Shown: positions 44,649 through 55,090, counted from the stretch's first letter. The stretch: DNA of 64,000 nucleotides from Nitrososphaera sp. (GCF_036397675.1 NZ_DASWIL010000038.1:21849-85848), one strand, 5' to 3'. Translations and numbers: made by a program. The notes: generated by a model not told the origin, from the sequence alone.

Positions 44649-45896
44649 CTAGAAACCCGCTCTTATCGGCTCTTCGGGCTTTATCAGCTCGCGCAAAAGC
44701 GTGGTCGCGTACGAGCCCTTGGGCAGCTTGAACGACACGCGCAGTGGATTTTGCGCAGACGCAAAGTCCCTGCACCAGAGCGGCGCCTGCCGAAAGCCGC
44801 CCTGCTGGCTGAGCTCCTGCATCTCCTTTATGTAAAAGTCTTGGGCGACCACGTCTTCTTGCTCCAGGAGCTCCTTTGTTATGGCTTCAAACCTGCCCTT
44901 CCCCGGCTGGAAAGTGTAGCCGGCCATCCTGACGGCCGGAACCATCTTTTTGCCTGAGGAATTGAACTTAATTATCCTGCCAAATGTGGCGGGCCCTTCC
45001 ATCTCAAAGCATAGGTCGCCCTCCCTTGGGCTGGCGATGTCCTCCCCTGCCGCTATTGCCAGGCTCAGGCACCTGTTGAAAAGAAATGACTGGTAGGCCT
45101 GCACGAAGAGCCGGCGGATTGTTATGGGCACTGCCCGCAACGCCGCGACTGGTTCTCTGCCCTCTACCAGCGCGCCGAGCAGTTGCCGCTCGATGTCCAT
45201 GCCCCGGGGCATCTCCTTCAAGGCTTTTCGGTAGTTTGCAGGGTCTTCGCATTTTTTCCTTATTTCCCTACTTGACTCCGAGTCGTATTGCGTCGTGTGG
45301 CACAGCAAGAGCCGGACTGCACAGACAAAGTTCCGCCTGACCATCTCTTTGCCTACAAGGTGTGTGACCAGTCGCTCGCTCCCGAACCTCTGCAGGCCGT
45401 AAAAGTTGGCTATCTTGCTTATTTCTTGCGCAAAGCAGCCGGTGTCGCCGGCTGCATCGTGGATTGTTATATCAAACTCGTTCCCGGCAAGAGACTCTTT
45501 TCCAAGCGGTCTTTTTGTGAACCCCTGCAGGAAAAGCACGGTATGCCGCGTCTGGAGTTTTTTGGGCGGGTCATTCCACGCGTGGCTTGCGCCGGCGTAT
45601 TGTTTTGTCACTGCCTTGGCATCTTTTATCCCCATCACACGAAGCCTCAGCCTGTGGACTCTCCCTATCTCCATCAGCGCGTGGTTCGAGTCCAGGCCTT
45701 CTTTTTCAAGCACATAGAGCGGGTAGCGGTGCGCGCCCCCAAACGCGGGCGACACGCCGGCAAGAAACGAGCCCTCCACGAGCTCTGACACCTTGAACCC
45801 CCCGCTTTCTTGCTTTATCGAGCCTCCGGTTCCCGAAAAGTCGGTGCAGTAGCACTCTATCCCGGCCATGCGGTCTATATCGGGGACTGGCTTCAA
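44649..45896 (-). CDS. truD: tRNA pseudouridine synthase TruD/Pus7 family
   Basis: Has FYGLQRFG (the NYFGxQRFG block), the N-terminal IECYCTDFSGTGGSIK, and a size typical of archaeal Pus7. Confidence 0.85.
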   Translation of the reverse strand: MKPVPDIDRMAGIECYCTDFSGTGGSIKQESGGFKVSELVEGSFLAGVSPAFGGAHRYPLYVLEKEGLDSNHALMEIGRVHRLRLRVMGIKDAKAVTKQYAGASHAWNDPPKKLQTRHTVLFLQGFTKRPLGKESLAGNEFDITIHDAAGDTGCFAQEISKIANFYGLQRFGSERLVTHLVGKEMVRRNFVCAVRLLLCHTTQYDSESSREIRKKCEDPANYRKALKEMPRGMDIERQLLGALVEGREPVAALRAVPITIRRLFVQAYQSFLFNRCLSLAIAAGEDIASPREGDLCFEMEGPATFGRIIKFNSSGKKMVPAVRMAGYTFQPGKGRFEAITKELLEQEDVVAQDFYIKEMQELSQQGGFRQAPLWCRDFASAQNPLRVSFKLPKGSYATTLLRELIKPEEPIRAGF

Positions 45897-45962
45897 TGGT
45901 TCTGCTTGGCCCGGCCCTGCTTATCTTTGTAACTTATATTTGCCGGCCCACTGATTCTGCGC

Positions 45963-46364
45963 ATGGCATATTGGCTGTTCAAGCAAGAGCCATCCACATA
46001 CAGCTACTCGCAGCTTGAAAAGGACGGCAAGACAGTCTGGGACGGGGTCTCAAACAACCTGGCGCTCAAGCACTTACGCGCAGTCAGTACGGGTGACAGA
46101 GCCATATTTTACCACACAGGCGATGAAAAGCAGGCAGTAGGCACGATGGATATAACGTCTGACCCGTACCCCGACCCGAAGGATAGGTCGCTTGTTGTAG
46201 TGGACGTAAAACCCGCAGGGAGGATGGACAGACCCGTGACACTTGGGCAGATAAAGGCTGACCCCACCTTTGCAGGGTGGGAGCTTGTACGGATTTCCAG
46301 GCTGTCTGTGATGCCCGTGCCGGAAAAGCTGTGGGACAGGATAATGGAGATGTCTGGCAAGTGA
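45963..46364 (+). CDS. EVE (PUA-like) domain protein
   Basis: Has MAYWLFKQEPSTYSYSQLEKDGKTVWDGV.N..A...LR....GD..IFYH, the classic EVE/DUF55 pattern. Length is 133 aa. Confidence 0.8.
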   Translation: MAYWLFKQEPSTYSYSQLEKDGKTVWDGVSNNLALKHLRAVSTGDRAIFYHTGDEKQAVGTMDITSDPYPDPKDRSLVVVDVKPAGRMDRPVTLGQIKADPTFAGWELVRISRLSVMPVPEKLWDRIMEMSGK

Positions 46365-46399
46365 GATTCTATAAATAAGGTCTGGAGCTTGGTAAAATT

Positions 46400-47104
46400 G
46401 TGACTCCAAAGCGACAGGTGGCAGTCATGATAGGGGGATTTTCCGCGCTCGGCATAGGCGTGAGCATTGGGATAATCGCCTTGGGAGGGGGCTTTTCCGG
46501 AACCGGCGGAAATTTGTTCAACCCGCCGACTGACTCTGACATTTATGTTGTCGGCGCGCAGGTCGAGGACGGCGCCGAGTTTGTATACACTCTCACCGGC
46601 ATGGGGCCGAGCACTTCGCTTGTCAACGCGGACGTCACGATAGCGTTTGACAGGCAGGAAGATTCGTGGCGCACCTCTTTTGCCATAGTAAACGGCACGG
46701 GCACACGGTCAGATTTTGATATGATGCTTTCAAGCCAGCTGACAAAGGAGGGCCAGGTAGACGCGCAGGTCAGGCCGTTCCTAGAGCCCGTCGAGTCGTC
46801 GATACTTGCGATAAGGGACATGACCTACGAAGCTGCCGACAAGTACCTGGTGGTCGGCGCACCGTGGAACACGATATTCTACTCCTCGTCGTCAACCATA
46901 GTCCGCATCACTGCGCAAGAGGCCGTACAGACGCCGGCGGGTACTTTTGACGCCTTCGTGCTGAGCTACAAGCTCGGCGAAAAAACCAGCATCATATGGG
47001 TGGTCAAGAACCTGCCGTTCCCCGTCAAGGCAGAAGTGTACGACCCTGGCGACAAGTTGCTGTACCAGTACGAGCTAGTCGGCCTTGGACGGGTTGTCAG
47101 CTAG
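46400..47104 (+). CDS. hypothetical membrane-anchored/secreted protein (234 aa)
   Basis: ORF track. N-terminal TM/signal segment and a beta-rich body. Confidence 0.55.
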   Translation: MTPKRQVAVMIGGFSALGIGVSIGIIALGGGFSGTGGNLFNPPTDSDIYVVGAQVEDGAEFVYTLTGMGPSTSLVNADVTIAFDRQEDSWRTSFAIVNGTGTRSDFDMMLSSQLTKEGQVDAQVRPFLEPVESSILAIRDMTYEAADKYLVVGAPWNTIFYSSSSTIVRITAQEAVQTPAGTFDAFVLSYKLGEKTSIIWVVKNLPFPVKAEVYDPGDKLLYQYELVGLGRVVS

Positions 47105-47579
47105 TGCGGGCGAAATACACGTTCTCCATCAGCCAGTCGGCGTACTGGCGTACCTTGTCGTCGGCCTTGCACCAGAGGTGTATCGAGCCGGGCAGCACCT
47201 CGAGCCTGCTTCCTTCCATGACGACCTTGACTCCTTCCTTTCCCTCGTACATGTAAGCGTCCTGCGCCTTTGCGCCCGGCAGCATTTCTGCAGCTTTTTG
47301 CTTGACCTGCTCCCGGGAAACAGGGAAGGTCTTGCGCCACTTGTCAACGATGATGCCGATGTTCTCCGTACCGTACGCGTCGACGTCTGCTATCTTGGCC
47401 GGCACCGGGAAGTGCAGCTGTAGGTTGACGCCGTGGCGGGAGCCCACAAAGAGCGCCAGCTCGTTCACCTTCTGGTACGCCGCGTGTGGATTCTTTTTCG
47501 CAATGGCCAGCAGCACGTCGCGGTTTTGCGCCACGTTTAAGCGAAAATCATCCATTAGCGCAGAAAACGTAGTCGCCAA
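47097..47579 (-). CDS. hypothetical protein (160 aa)
   Basis: ORF track with coding-like composition. Confidence 0.5.
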   Translation of the reverse strand: MATTFSALMDDFRLNVAQNRDVLLAIAKKNPHAAYQKVNELALFVGSRHGVNLQLHFPVPAKIADVDAYGTENIGIIVDKWRKTFPVSREQVKQKAAEMLPGAKAQDAYMYEGKEGVKVVMEGSRLEVLPGSIHLWCKADDKVRQYADWLMENVYFARTS

Positions 47580-47650
47580 CGCACAAGAAATGCACGTGCG
47601 GACTAATTAGCGTGACTTTATTATAGCGCCTCGTGGAGTGACATCTATCT

Positions 47651-48931
47651 GTGACCAGATCGGAGCAGCTTTTTGGCAGGGCGGGCAAGGTTATCCCCGG
47701 CGGCGTAAACAGCCCGGTGCGCTTTTACGAGCCGTACCCGTTCTTTGCGGCGTCTGCAAGGGGCAGCAAGCTGGTCACCGCTGACCACAAGACGCTTATA
47801 GACTATTGCATGGGCTACGGCGCGCTCTTGCTTGGCCACGGCTACCCATCAGTGGTAGAAGCCGCGAAATCACAGATAGACAGGGGCACGCTTTACTGCG
47901 TCCCCACGGAGCGCGAGGTGAAACTTGCCGAGATGATTACAAAGATGGTCCCCTGCGCCGAGATGGTCAGGCTTGTGAACACGGGCTCTGAAGCCACGAT
48001 GCACGCGATCCGGCTCGCAAGGGCGTTCACAAAGAAGAGGGGCGTGATAAAGTTTGAAGGTGGGTACCACGGCGCGCACGACTACGTGCTTACCAAGGCC
48101 GGCTCGGGCGCGGTAAGCGCCCCGGCGTCAGAGGGCGTGCTTGCCGAAGCCTCCGCACACACTTCCGTCGTCCCGTACAACGACGCGCCGGCGCTAGAGC
48201 GCGCGATTGAAAAGAACCGTGACGCTGGGTGCGTAATAATCGAGCCGGTGATTGCAAACATCGGCCTCGTTTTGCCCGACAAGGGCTATCTGTCTAACGT
48301 CCGAAAGATAACGCAGCAAAATGATGTCGTTCTCATATTCGACGAAGTGGTGACCGGCTTTCGCCTTGCGCCCGGAGGTGCCGGCGAGTTCTTTGGAATA
48401 AAGCCGGATTTGGCTTCGTTCGCAAAGGCGCTAGGGAGCGGCTTTCCCATCGCCGTCATAGCAGGCAGAAAAGAGATAATGAAGCAGCTTGCGCCTTCAG
48501 GCGGCGTTTACCAGGCAAGCACGTTTGCCGGCAATCCCGTTTCAGTTTCAGCAGCCATTGCGGCGCTCGAACTTCTTGCATCGGGCAAGGAGGCCATCTA
48601 TCCAAAGGTCGCCAGGGCGTGCGACAGCATAGTGGAAGGCGTGAAGGAGGAAATCGAGGACATGGGCGGCATCGAATGCACAATCAACTCGATAGGCTCG
48701 ATGTTCCAGCTCTTTTTCACTCCTGACAAGGTCCGCGACGAGGCGAGCGCGAAAAAGGCCGACGTGGCGAAATTCAGAAAGCTGTTCGACGAGCTTTTGA
48801 AGCGCAACGTGTTCATACCCCCGTCGCAGTTTGAGACATGCTTTGTCTCGTATGCGCACGAGGAAGAAGACGTCGACAAAACCATCGAGGCGTACGGTGA
48901 GGCTTTCAAAAAGATAAAGGAACAGAAATGA
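47651..48931 (+). CDS. hemL: glutamate-1-semialdehyde 2,1-aminomutase
   Basis: Has GGVNSPVR, a class-III aminotransferase layout and FDEVVTGFR. GTG start. Confidence 0.95.
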   Translation: MTRSEQLFGRAGKVIPGGVNSPVRFYEPYPFFAASARGSKLVTADHKTLIDYCMGYGALLLGHGYPSVVEAAKSQIDRGTLYCVPTEREVKLAEMITKMVPCAEMVRLVNTGSEATMHAIRLARAFTKKRGVIKFEGGYHGAHDYVLTKAGSGAVSAPASEGVLAEASAHTSVVPYNDAPALERAIEKNRDAGCVIIEPVIANIGLVLPDKGYLSNVRKITQQNDVVLIFDEVVTGFRLAPGGAGEFFGIKPDLASFAKALGSGFPIAVIAGRKEIMKQLAPSGGVYQASTFAGNPVSVSAAIAALELLASGKEAIYPKVARACDSIVEGVKEEIEDMGGIECTINSIGSMFQLFFTPDKVRDEASAKKADVAKFRKLFDELLKRNVFIPPSQFETCFVSYAHEEEDVDKTIEAYGEAFKKIKEQK

Positions 48932-49872
48932 TGACAATCAGGGTAGGCACGAGGGGCAGCAGGCTGGCAGTAGCCCAGACAGAGCTTGCGCTTGGCGCGT
49001 TAAGGAAAGCTCACCCCGGCGCGAAATTCGAGATACTCATGATAAGCACCAAGGGCGACGTTGACAAGAGGCCGCTTTTCACGATGGACGCAAAAGGCAT
49101 CTTCGAAAAGGAGATCAACGAGGCCGTGAGGAAGGGCGAGGTCGACTTTGCAGTGCATAGCCTCAAGGATGTCCCTTCTGACCTTTCTCCCGAGCTTGTA
49201 GTCGCCTGCGTACCCAAGAGGGCGAGCCCGAACGACGTGCTGGTAAACGACAAAGGACGAAAGTTAAAGGATTTGGCGGCAGGCTCGCTTGTAGGCACCA
49301 GCAGCCTGCGCAGGGCGGTGCAGCTGATGAAGGCAAGGCCGGACCTGAGGGTCAAGCCGATCCGGGGTAACGTCGAGACTCGCGTAAAAAAGGTCATTTC
49401 AGGCGAGTTTGACGCGATCGTGCTTGCGGAGGCAGGGTTGACAAGGATAGGGATGAAGGACGTGATAGTCGAGCGGTTCAGAGTCGACGAGTTCGTGCCG
49501 GCACCAGGGCAGGGAGCGATCGCCATCGTGTGCAGGCGCGACGACACCAAGACTGTGGAGATCCTCAGAAGCATTGAGGATCCTAGATCCAGGGCAGAGA
49601 TAACCGCAGAGCGGGCACTCATCGAAAAGGTCGAGGGAGGCTGCAGGTTCCCTCTTGGCGCAGTCGCAATATCAAAAGACGACGAGATGACACTTTACGC
49701 AAGCATCTTTTCAGCCGATGGCTCAAGGGGTATCCGGACAAAGACTACAGGCAGCGCCAAAAACCCGGAGACGCTCGGGATAAAAGTCGCGGACGAGCTT
49801 TTGTCGCAGGGAGCGGCAGAGCTTGCCGAAGGATGGCGCAACGCCGTGGAAGAGTGGAACAAGAAGGCATGA
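48928..49872 (+). CDS. hemC: hydroxymethylbilane synthase (porphobilinogen deaminase)
   Basis: Has IRVGTRGSRLA..Q, HSLKDVP and the GGC..P cofactor-Cys region. ATGA overlap with hemL. Confidence 0.95.
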   Translation: MMTIRVGTRGSRLAVAQTELALGALRKAHPGAKFEILMISTKGDVDKRPLFTMDAKGIFEKEINEAVRKGEVDFAVHSLKDVPSDLSPELVVACVPKRASPNDVLVNDKGRKLKDLAAGSLVGTSSLRRAVQLMKARPDLRVKPIRGNVETRVKKVISGEFDAIVLAEAGLTRIGMKDVIVERFRVDEFVPAPGQGAIAIVCRRDDTKTVEILRSIEDPRSRAEITAERALIEKVEGGCRFPLGAVAISKDDEMTLYASIFSADGSRGIRTKTTGSAKNPETLGIKVADELLSQGAAELAEGWRNAVEEWNKKA

Positions 49873-50642
49873 GAGGCACGGTCTACATCTGCGGCGCCGG
49901 CCCGGGCGACCCCAAGCTGATGACGGTCAGGGCAATGGAGCTTTTGAAGAAATGCGACGTTATACTGTACGACAGGCTCGTTGGGCAGGAAATAATAGAC
50001 AAGTTCCCTGACGGTGTCGAGAAGGTCTACGTCGGGAGGGCCGTGGGCGACCCCACCACGCACCAGAGGCGTACGAATGAGCTGATGGCAAGATACGCAT
50101 TGAAAGGCAAGAGTGTGCTCAGGCTCAAGGGCGGCGACCCTTTCATTTTCGGCAGGGGGGCAGAGGAGGCGGAATACCTGCTAAAGTACGGCATCAGGTT
50201 TGAGATAGTGCCCGGGATAACCTCTGCCATTGCCGGCCCTGCGTACGCGGGCATACCGCTCACGCATAGGCGCTACTCTCCTTCAGTCGCAATAGTGACT
50301 GGGCACGAAGGAGTGGACAACAAGGGCGAGGCCGCGGTCAACTGGAAAAAGCTGCCCGGAGCGGTTGAGACCATCGTCGTGATGATGGGCATAGGTCAGC
50401 TGGAGCAGATTTCCAAGGACCTGATAAGGGGTGGCATGAAGCCAAGGACTAGGGTGGCGATAATAGAAAACGGCGCGACTGACAAACAGCGTGTTTTTGC
50501 GGCGACGCTTGCAACGGCAGCAAAGGCGGCCAAGAATAACGATGTCCGGCCGCCGGCCATAGTCGTCATCGGCAACGTTGCTTCGTTGCACAACAAGATT
50601 GCGTGGTTTAAAGGTGACAGGGATGCTAGGTCTGCGAAATAA
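49869..50642 (+). CDS. cobA: uroporphyrinogen-III C-methyltransferase (SUMT)
   Basis: Has VYICGAGPGDPKLMT, RLKGGDPFIFGRG and VPGITSA. Start is ATG 49869, overlapping the hemC stop (ATGA). Confidence 0.9.
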   Translation: MRGTVYICGAGPGDPKLMTVRAMELLKKCDVILYDRLVGQEIIDKFPDGVEKVYVGRAVGDPTTHQRRTNELMARYALKGKSVLRLKGGDPFIFGRGAEEAEYLLKYGIRFEIVPGITSAIAGPAYAGIPLTHRRYSPSVAIVTGHEGVDNKGEAAVNWKKLPGAVETIVVMMGIGQLEQISKDLIRGGMKPRTRVAIIENGATDKQRVFAATLATAAKAAKNNDVRPPAIVVIGNVASLHNKIAWFKGDRDARSAK

Positions 50643-51408
50643 GACCGTAGCGATAACGAGAAGCGAGGAAGATGCGCGCGAGTTTTTCCAGCTTGTAAGC
50701 ACGGAAGGTGGAAAGGCTGTCGCGATACCGGCCATTGAGATAGTGTCAGCAGGCCCAGAGGTCGCGCAGAAGTTCATCGCATTATTGGAAAAGAAAAAAC
50801 ACGACTATTGCGCGTTCATGAGCGCGCAGGCAGTCAGGGTGCTATTTGGCCTTGTAGGCGAAAAGGAGGTCGCCGGCGCGCTGAAGCAGACTGCAGTGAT
50901 AACTGTGGGCCCAAAGACGTGGCAGGAGCTTGAAAAACACGGCATAAAGGCAGACATGATGCCCGGCAGGTTTTCTTCCATCGGCCTTGTAGAACTGCTA
51001 TCAAAAAAGGAGCCAAAAGGTAAAAAGATAATCATACCGCGCTCGGGCGAGGCAAAGGAGTTTGCCGCAAAGGCGCTGTCAGACCTTGGAATAAGGGTGG
51101 ACGAGGTTTTCCTGTACAGCGCCCGCACTGCCGGCGTGACGCCTAGGTGGAAGGAATTTGGCGACTTGCTGGCGCAGAAAAAAATAGACGCGGTGGTGTT
51201 TACAAGCGCCTCAAACGTCAGGTCGTTCTTTGAGATAATGGGCAGAATGGGCGCAGAGCTGCCAGGGGGCGTCAGGGCGATTTCAATCGGCCCCTTCACG
51301 ACGGCAGAGCTTGCGAAAAAGGGCGTCGGCTGCCACGAGGCCAAGGACCACACGATAAAGGGAACCGTCGAAGCGGCAAGGAAACTGTTTACAAGCCGGC
51401 AAAAGTAA
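50623..51408 (+). CDS. hemD: uroporphyrinogen-III synthase
   Basis: Size and position are those of HemD/HEM4, directly after cobA. Has the pattern ..VAITRSEEDAREF...AVVFTSASNVRSFF. Start is ATG 50623. Confidence 0.8.
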   Translation: MLGLRNKTVAITRSEEDAREFFQLVSTEGGKAVAIPAIEIVSAGPEVAQKFIALLEKKKHDYCAFMSAQAVRVLFGLVGEKEVAGALKQTAVITVGPKTWQELEKHGIKADMMPGRFSSIGLVELLSKKEPKGKKIIIPRSGEAKEFAAKALSDLGIRVDEVFLYSARTAGVTPRWKEFGDLLAQKKIDAVVFTSASNVRSFFEIMGRMGAELPGGVRAISIGPFTTAELAKKGVGCHEAKDHTIKGTVEAARKLFTSRQK

Positions 51409-51561
51409 AGACAAGCTTTACTACAGCAAAGATTATGATGGCCGCGCCTGCTGCCGCTGCAAGCAGGAACTTTTTCTTGGCCGGGACCATGCGCTTGATT
51501 TCGCGCCGGTTCATTAAAAGCTACCGCCAGCTTTATCTTTCCTGTTGCGCGATAAGGGCCG

Positions 51562-52920
51562 TTGGAAAGGTTTGACCTCATCGTAATCGGCAGCGGCTCC
51601 GGCCTTGACGTCGCAAACGCGGCTGCGCGGGGAGGAATGAAGGTGGCCATAATAGAAAAGGACAGGATGGGCGGCACGTGCCTCAACAGGGGCTGTATAC
51701 CGTCCAAGCTGTTGCTGCACAGCGCAGACGTGATGGAGACCATCAGGACCGCCAGCACTTTTGGCGTAAACGTCGGGAGCGTGGCAGTAGATTTTGAAAA
51801 GATAATGCGGCGCACCTACGGCATCGTCGATCCCGACGCGGAAGGAATACGCCAGGCGTTTGGCAGCATCGACAACCCGATGCTTTTCCACGCAGAATGC
51901 AAGTTCGTCGGCAAAAAAGAAATAGCAGTCGCAGGCAAGACGATAACCGCAGACAGGATCCTGATTGCAAGCGGTACGAGGCCGGGCGTGCCCAAGATAG
52001 AGGGGCTTGACGGGTTGGGATTCATAACAAGCGACGAGGCTCTTAGGATAAAGAAACAACCGAAGGTCCTGACCATAATTGGCGGAGGGTACATCGCCTG
52101 CGAGCTGGCGCACTTTTTCGGCGCGCTTGGCACCAAGGTGAATATCATACAGCACAGAGACGTACTCCTAGCAGACGAAGATGAGGAAGTCTCAAAGAGG
52201 TTCACCGAGGTGTTTGCAATGAAGCATGGAGTCTACACCGGCTACAACCCCACGTCGGTTTCAAAAAAGAGCGGCAACTTTGTGGTGAGTGCAAAGGGCG
52301 AGCAAGGAAAGGAGATAAAGCTAATGTCGGACCAGCTCCTGATTGCTACCGGCAGGGTGCCAAACTCTGACACGCTTGACGTTGTGAAGTCCGGCGTCAG
52401 GACCGACAAGGCAGGGTTTGTCAAAGTCGACGAATATCTTGAAACAAATGTTAAGGGGATATTTGCGCTTGGCGACGCCGTCGGACGGTACATGTTCAAA
52501 CACTCTGCAAACCACGAGGCGCAATACGCGTACAACAACCTAGCAAGGCAGAAAAAGGTAGCAGTGGATTACACGGCTATGCCCCACGCGGTGTTTGCGT
52601 CGCCGCAGGTAGCCGGAGTAGGGCAGACCGAGCAGGAGCTGAAGGAAAAAGGGGTGCACTATTCCAAGGCCGTTTACCCTTACATTAATACGGCGATGGG
52701 CGAGGCGCTAGAGGACAGGGACGGCTTTGTCAAGCTCTTGGTGTCTCACGACCGCAAGATCCTAGGCTGCCACATAATCGGGAGCGACGCGTCGGTGCTT
52801 ATACACGAGGTGTTAGTGGTCATAAAGGCTGGATTAACAGTAGATGTCATTGCCAACACGGTGCACATACACCCCGCGCTATCGGAGGTGGTTGCAAGAG
52901 CGTCGTATTCTATTGAATGA
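51562..52920 (+). CDS. FAD-dependent pyridine nucleotide-disulfide oxidoreductase (dihydrolipoyl dehydrogenase / glutathione-reductase family)
   Basis: Has DLIVIGSGSG (FAD), the redox-active disulfide GGTCLNRGCIPSK, a second Rossmann motif IIGGGYIACE, and a C-terminal dimerisation HxxxxE-like HIHPALSE. Confidence 0.85.
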   Translation: MERFDLIVIGSGSGLDVANAAARGGMKVAIIEKDRMGGTCLNRGCIPSKLLLHSADVMETIRTASTFGVNVGSVAVDFEKIMRRTYGIVDPDAEGIRQAFGSIDNPMLFHAECKFVGKKEIAVAGKTITADRILIASGTRPGVPKIEGLDGLGFITSDEALRIKKQPKVLTIIGGGYIACELAHFFGALGTKVNIIQHRDVLLADEDEEVSKRFTEVFAMKHGVYTGYNPTSVSKKSGNFVVSAKGEQGKEIKLMSDQLLIATGRVPNSDTLDVVKSGVRTDKAGFVKVDEYLETNVKGIFALGDAVGRYMFKHSANHEAQYAYNNLARQKKVAVDYTAMPHAVFASPQVAGVGQTEQELKEKGVHYSKAVYPYINTAMGEALEDRDGFVKLLVSHDRKILGCHIIGSDASVLIHEVLVVIKAGLTVDVIANTVHIHPALSEVVARASYSIE

Positions 52921-53037
52921 TAGTGGGTTCTGGTACTTTTCCTGAGTATTGTTCTCTGGATCAGTCATTGATTCTGAATAGGCAGACAGATCTATAAGCC
53001 TTACCACGAGGTTGATAGCTTCTAGATATATAGGCAG

Positions 53038-53625
53038 TTAATGAGTCGTGCTGCTGGTTCCCTGCGGAGTCTTTCTTGCTCCGACATACTTTACTGCTCC
53101 AATTATTAGGCACACAATTCCGGCAATAATAAGCACTATTCCCACCAATATTCCAATACCATAGGCGATAAGATTCTGGATTGTTGGATTATCTTGTACA
53201 CTAACACCACCACCTTGTTGACCGATTGGCAAGTTCAGCAGTGCGCCGCTAATGGTAACAGAGCGCGAACCGACATTCTTTATTTCTAGCGTATGGTCGC
53301 CAGAAATCTCGGTTGTTGCTGGGCCAGTAAAAGGAGTCTCATTTATGTCGTATGTCGTCAACACCGTCCCATCTGGCTGGGTTAGCCGAGCCTGAAGGGG
53401 TACATCGGTAGGATCACCTGAAAGTGAGAGTAAGAGCTGTTGACCTGCTGGAAGATCCGCTAATACTGCTACAATTGAAAGATTAGGTTCCAGTGAAGTA
53501 CTGTCGATGATGGTCGATCCTTCCAAGACTTGTTTAGTAACGCTAAAGGTTGAGACTCCTGCAATGACTAGACCTACTGCCAACAATACTCCGCCAATAA
53601 TGAGAAGAGGGATACCAGGCTTCAT
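53038..53625 (-). CDS. hypothetical bitopic membrane protein, paralog of 25682-26266
   Basis: Has the same N-TM / beta ectodomain / C-TM plan and a shared block (RLTQPDGTVLTTYDINETPF...GDHTLEIKNVGS). Codon usage is AT-rich. Confidence 0.6.
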   Translation of the reverse strand: MKPGIPLLIIGGVLLAVGLVIAGVSTFSVTKQVLEGSTIIDSTSLEPNLSIVAVLADLPAGQQLLLSLSGDPTDVPLQARLTQPDGTVLTTYDINETPFTGPATTEISGDHTLEIKNVGSRSVTISGALLNLPIGQQGGGVSVQDNPTIQNLIAYGIGILVGIVLIIAGIVCLIIGAVKYVGARKTPQGTSSTTH

Positions 53626-53831
53626 AACGCTCGTTCATGGCGTGAACTATTATCTCTTGCGCTCCAGATAGCACAAAAGTTGACTAGGCTGGACCCTGAA
53701 AACTATGAATCAGATAAACATGGTCCTACGGTTAGTACATCTCCAGAGCGTGACGTTCTGGATTCTGTTACCATGAACGTTACAACAATAAATGTAGCTA
53801 TAAAGTCATCGCTTGTTCCCTGCAACCACTC

Positions 53832-53990
53832 CTATCGATTTTGACTGCGGACATGCGTCTGTACATATGTTAACCCTGCTTTCTCTAGCAATACCGCGTA
53901 TTCTTTTTCTGTTCTTTCCCTTCCAGTGAGAGCACACATCAGAAAGCAGATTTGGTGATTCGGGGTTATTTGGAAGACCTGGCGCTGGAT
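53832..53990 (-). pseudogene. C-terminal fragment of a SAM-dependent O-methyltransferase-like gene
   Basis: My own minus-strand translation gives ..NHQICFLMCALTGRERTEKEYAVLLEKAGLTYVQTHV*. This resembles the xxGxERTxxExxxLLxxAGF tail of class-I O-methyltransferases. An in-frame stop lies just upstream and there is no N-terminal part. Confidence 0.35.
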
Positions 53991-54060
53991 TTAATCATCG
54001 TATGTTGATAGACAAAACAGATCTGTAAGGATTTCTAATTAAGAAACTTCTATATTAGCG

Positions 54061-54201
54061 GGTTATCAGTCATACCGTAACTACGTTAGACCGCATGAAG
54101 GGTTGAAAGGAAAGACACCCTCCGAAACATGTGGGATAACAGTAGAGGGTAAGAACAAATGGCTATCAAAAATTCAGAGCGCTATGAAACGATGGGGCTA
54201 A
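54061..54201 (+). pseudogene. C-terminal fragment of a DDE (rve/IS-type) transposase
   Basis: My own translation gives GYQSYRNYVRPHEGLKGKTPSETCGITVEGKNKWLSKIQSAMKRWG*. The xRPHxxLxGKTPxE tail is typical of integrase-core transposases. An in-frame stop lies 7 codons upstream. Confidence 0.45.
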
Positions 54202-54277
54202 CCGCAAGCGGACAAGCTATTCTAGAGTTTGTGGACCTCTCTAAGCAGATACATAATTCTGTAAATGATGTATTTGG

Positions 54278-54520
54278 TCAATCCTTCAGTGATTGAATCT
54301 GTTTTTTCAATGCTATGTTTTCTACATACAGGTCCTCGATGTAGCCGTAAACGTCCTTTAGAATAGTCGCATAGCTTACAAATAATCTTGCGTTAGACCC
54401 TAGAAATTCATCTCGGGGATATCTGGTGGCAAATTCTTCTAGTATTTTCTGGTATTTCTCCAGCTCGCTTCTTTTCGCTCGAAATTCCTCTTCTAACGTG
54501 CTAAATTCTTTCTTAACCAT
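54278..54520 (-). CDS. hypothetical coiled-coil protein (80 aa)
   Basis: ORF track. Heptad-like E/K/L-rich sequence. Confidence 0.45.
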   Translation of the reverse strand: MVKKEFSTLEEEFRAKRSELEKYQKILEEFATRYPRDEFLGSNARLFVSYATILKDVYGYIEDLYVENIALKKQIQSLKD

Positions 54521-54658
54521 TACAACATGATTATCTATCAGGGATTTACCTTTTTCGTTCCTATCACCTGCCAGTCAATACGGACATTTATCGCCCATCA
54601 AGTTAACAAAGCCTAGGTCAGATATCCTTTTAACTTGCAAGCCAGATAACTCGCCTGA

Positions 54659-55090
54659 TTGAGTAGGGATAGCCCCAAAGATTCCCTTATTGCTACAGTC
54701 GATAGATTGTTGGAGATTCATATTGACGTTACTCGAAAAGAAACGGACAAAACACCTATAATAGAACTGAAAAAGGACTTGGTCGAGTTGCGCGAAGTGC
54801 TAACCGAGTTTAATGCCGCTGTTCTGAAGTTCGCTTTTTCAGAGCCCGGTACTGACCCAGAGAAAGCGAAAAGGGCTGCAGATATTTTGACTAAAGTGGT
54901 AGGCAAGAGCATTCTTAACTCAAGGGATGTGGCCGTCGCAGGGATAGTATCCATAGAACTTGCAATAGCCGATATAAGGGACCCTGACCGAATGACCAGT
55001 TCCATAGCTTCTATAATTGCTAACTCGATGGTGTCCAATGGATGCATTGAGGGTCTCAAGAATTTGAGACAGGTGCTACTGTTAATCTAG
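54659..55090 (+). CDS. hypothetical protein (143 aa)
   Basis: ORF track. Helical, with no motif recognised. Confidence 0.45.
   Translation: MSRDSPKDSLIATVDRLLEIHIDVTRKETDKTPIIELKKDLVELREVLTEFNAAVLKFAFSEPGTDPEKAKRAADILTKVVGKSILNSRDVAVAGIVSIELAIADIRDPDRMTSSIASIIANSMVSNGCIEGLKNLRQVLLLI

Noticed and set aside
50805-51815. A 336-aa minus-strand ORF. Similar long antisense ORFs lie across hemL/hemC, tyrS, the ComA-like gene, the HD gene and coxA.
   Set aside because: Each is antisense to a gene with strong family motifs, and none has a recognisable motif of its own.
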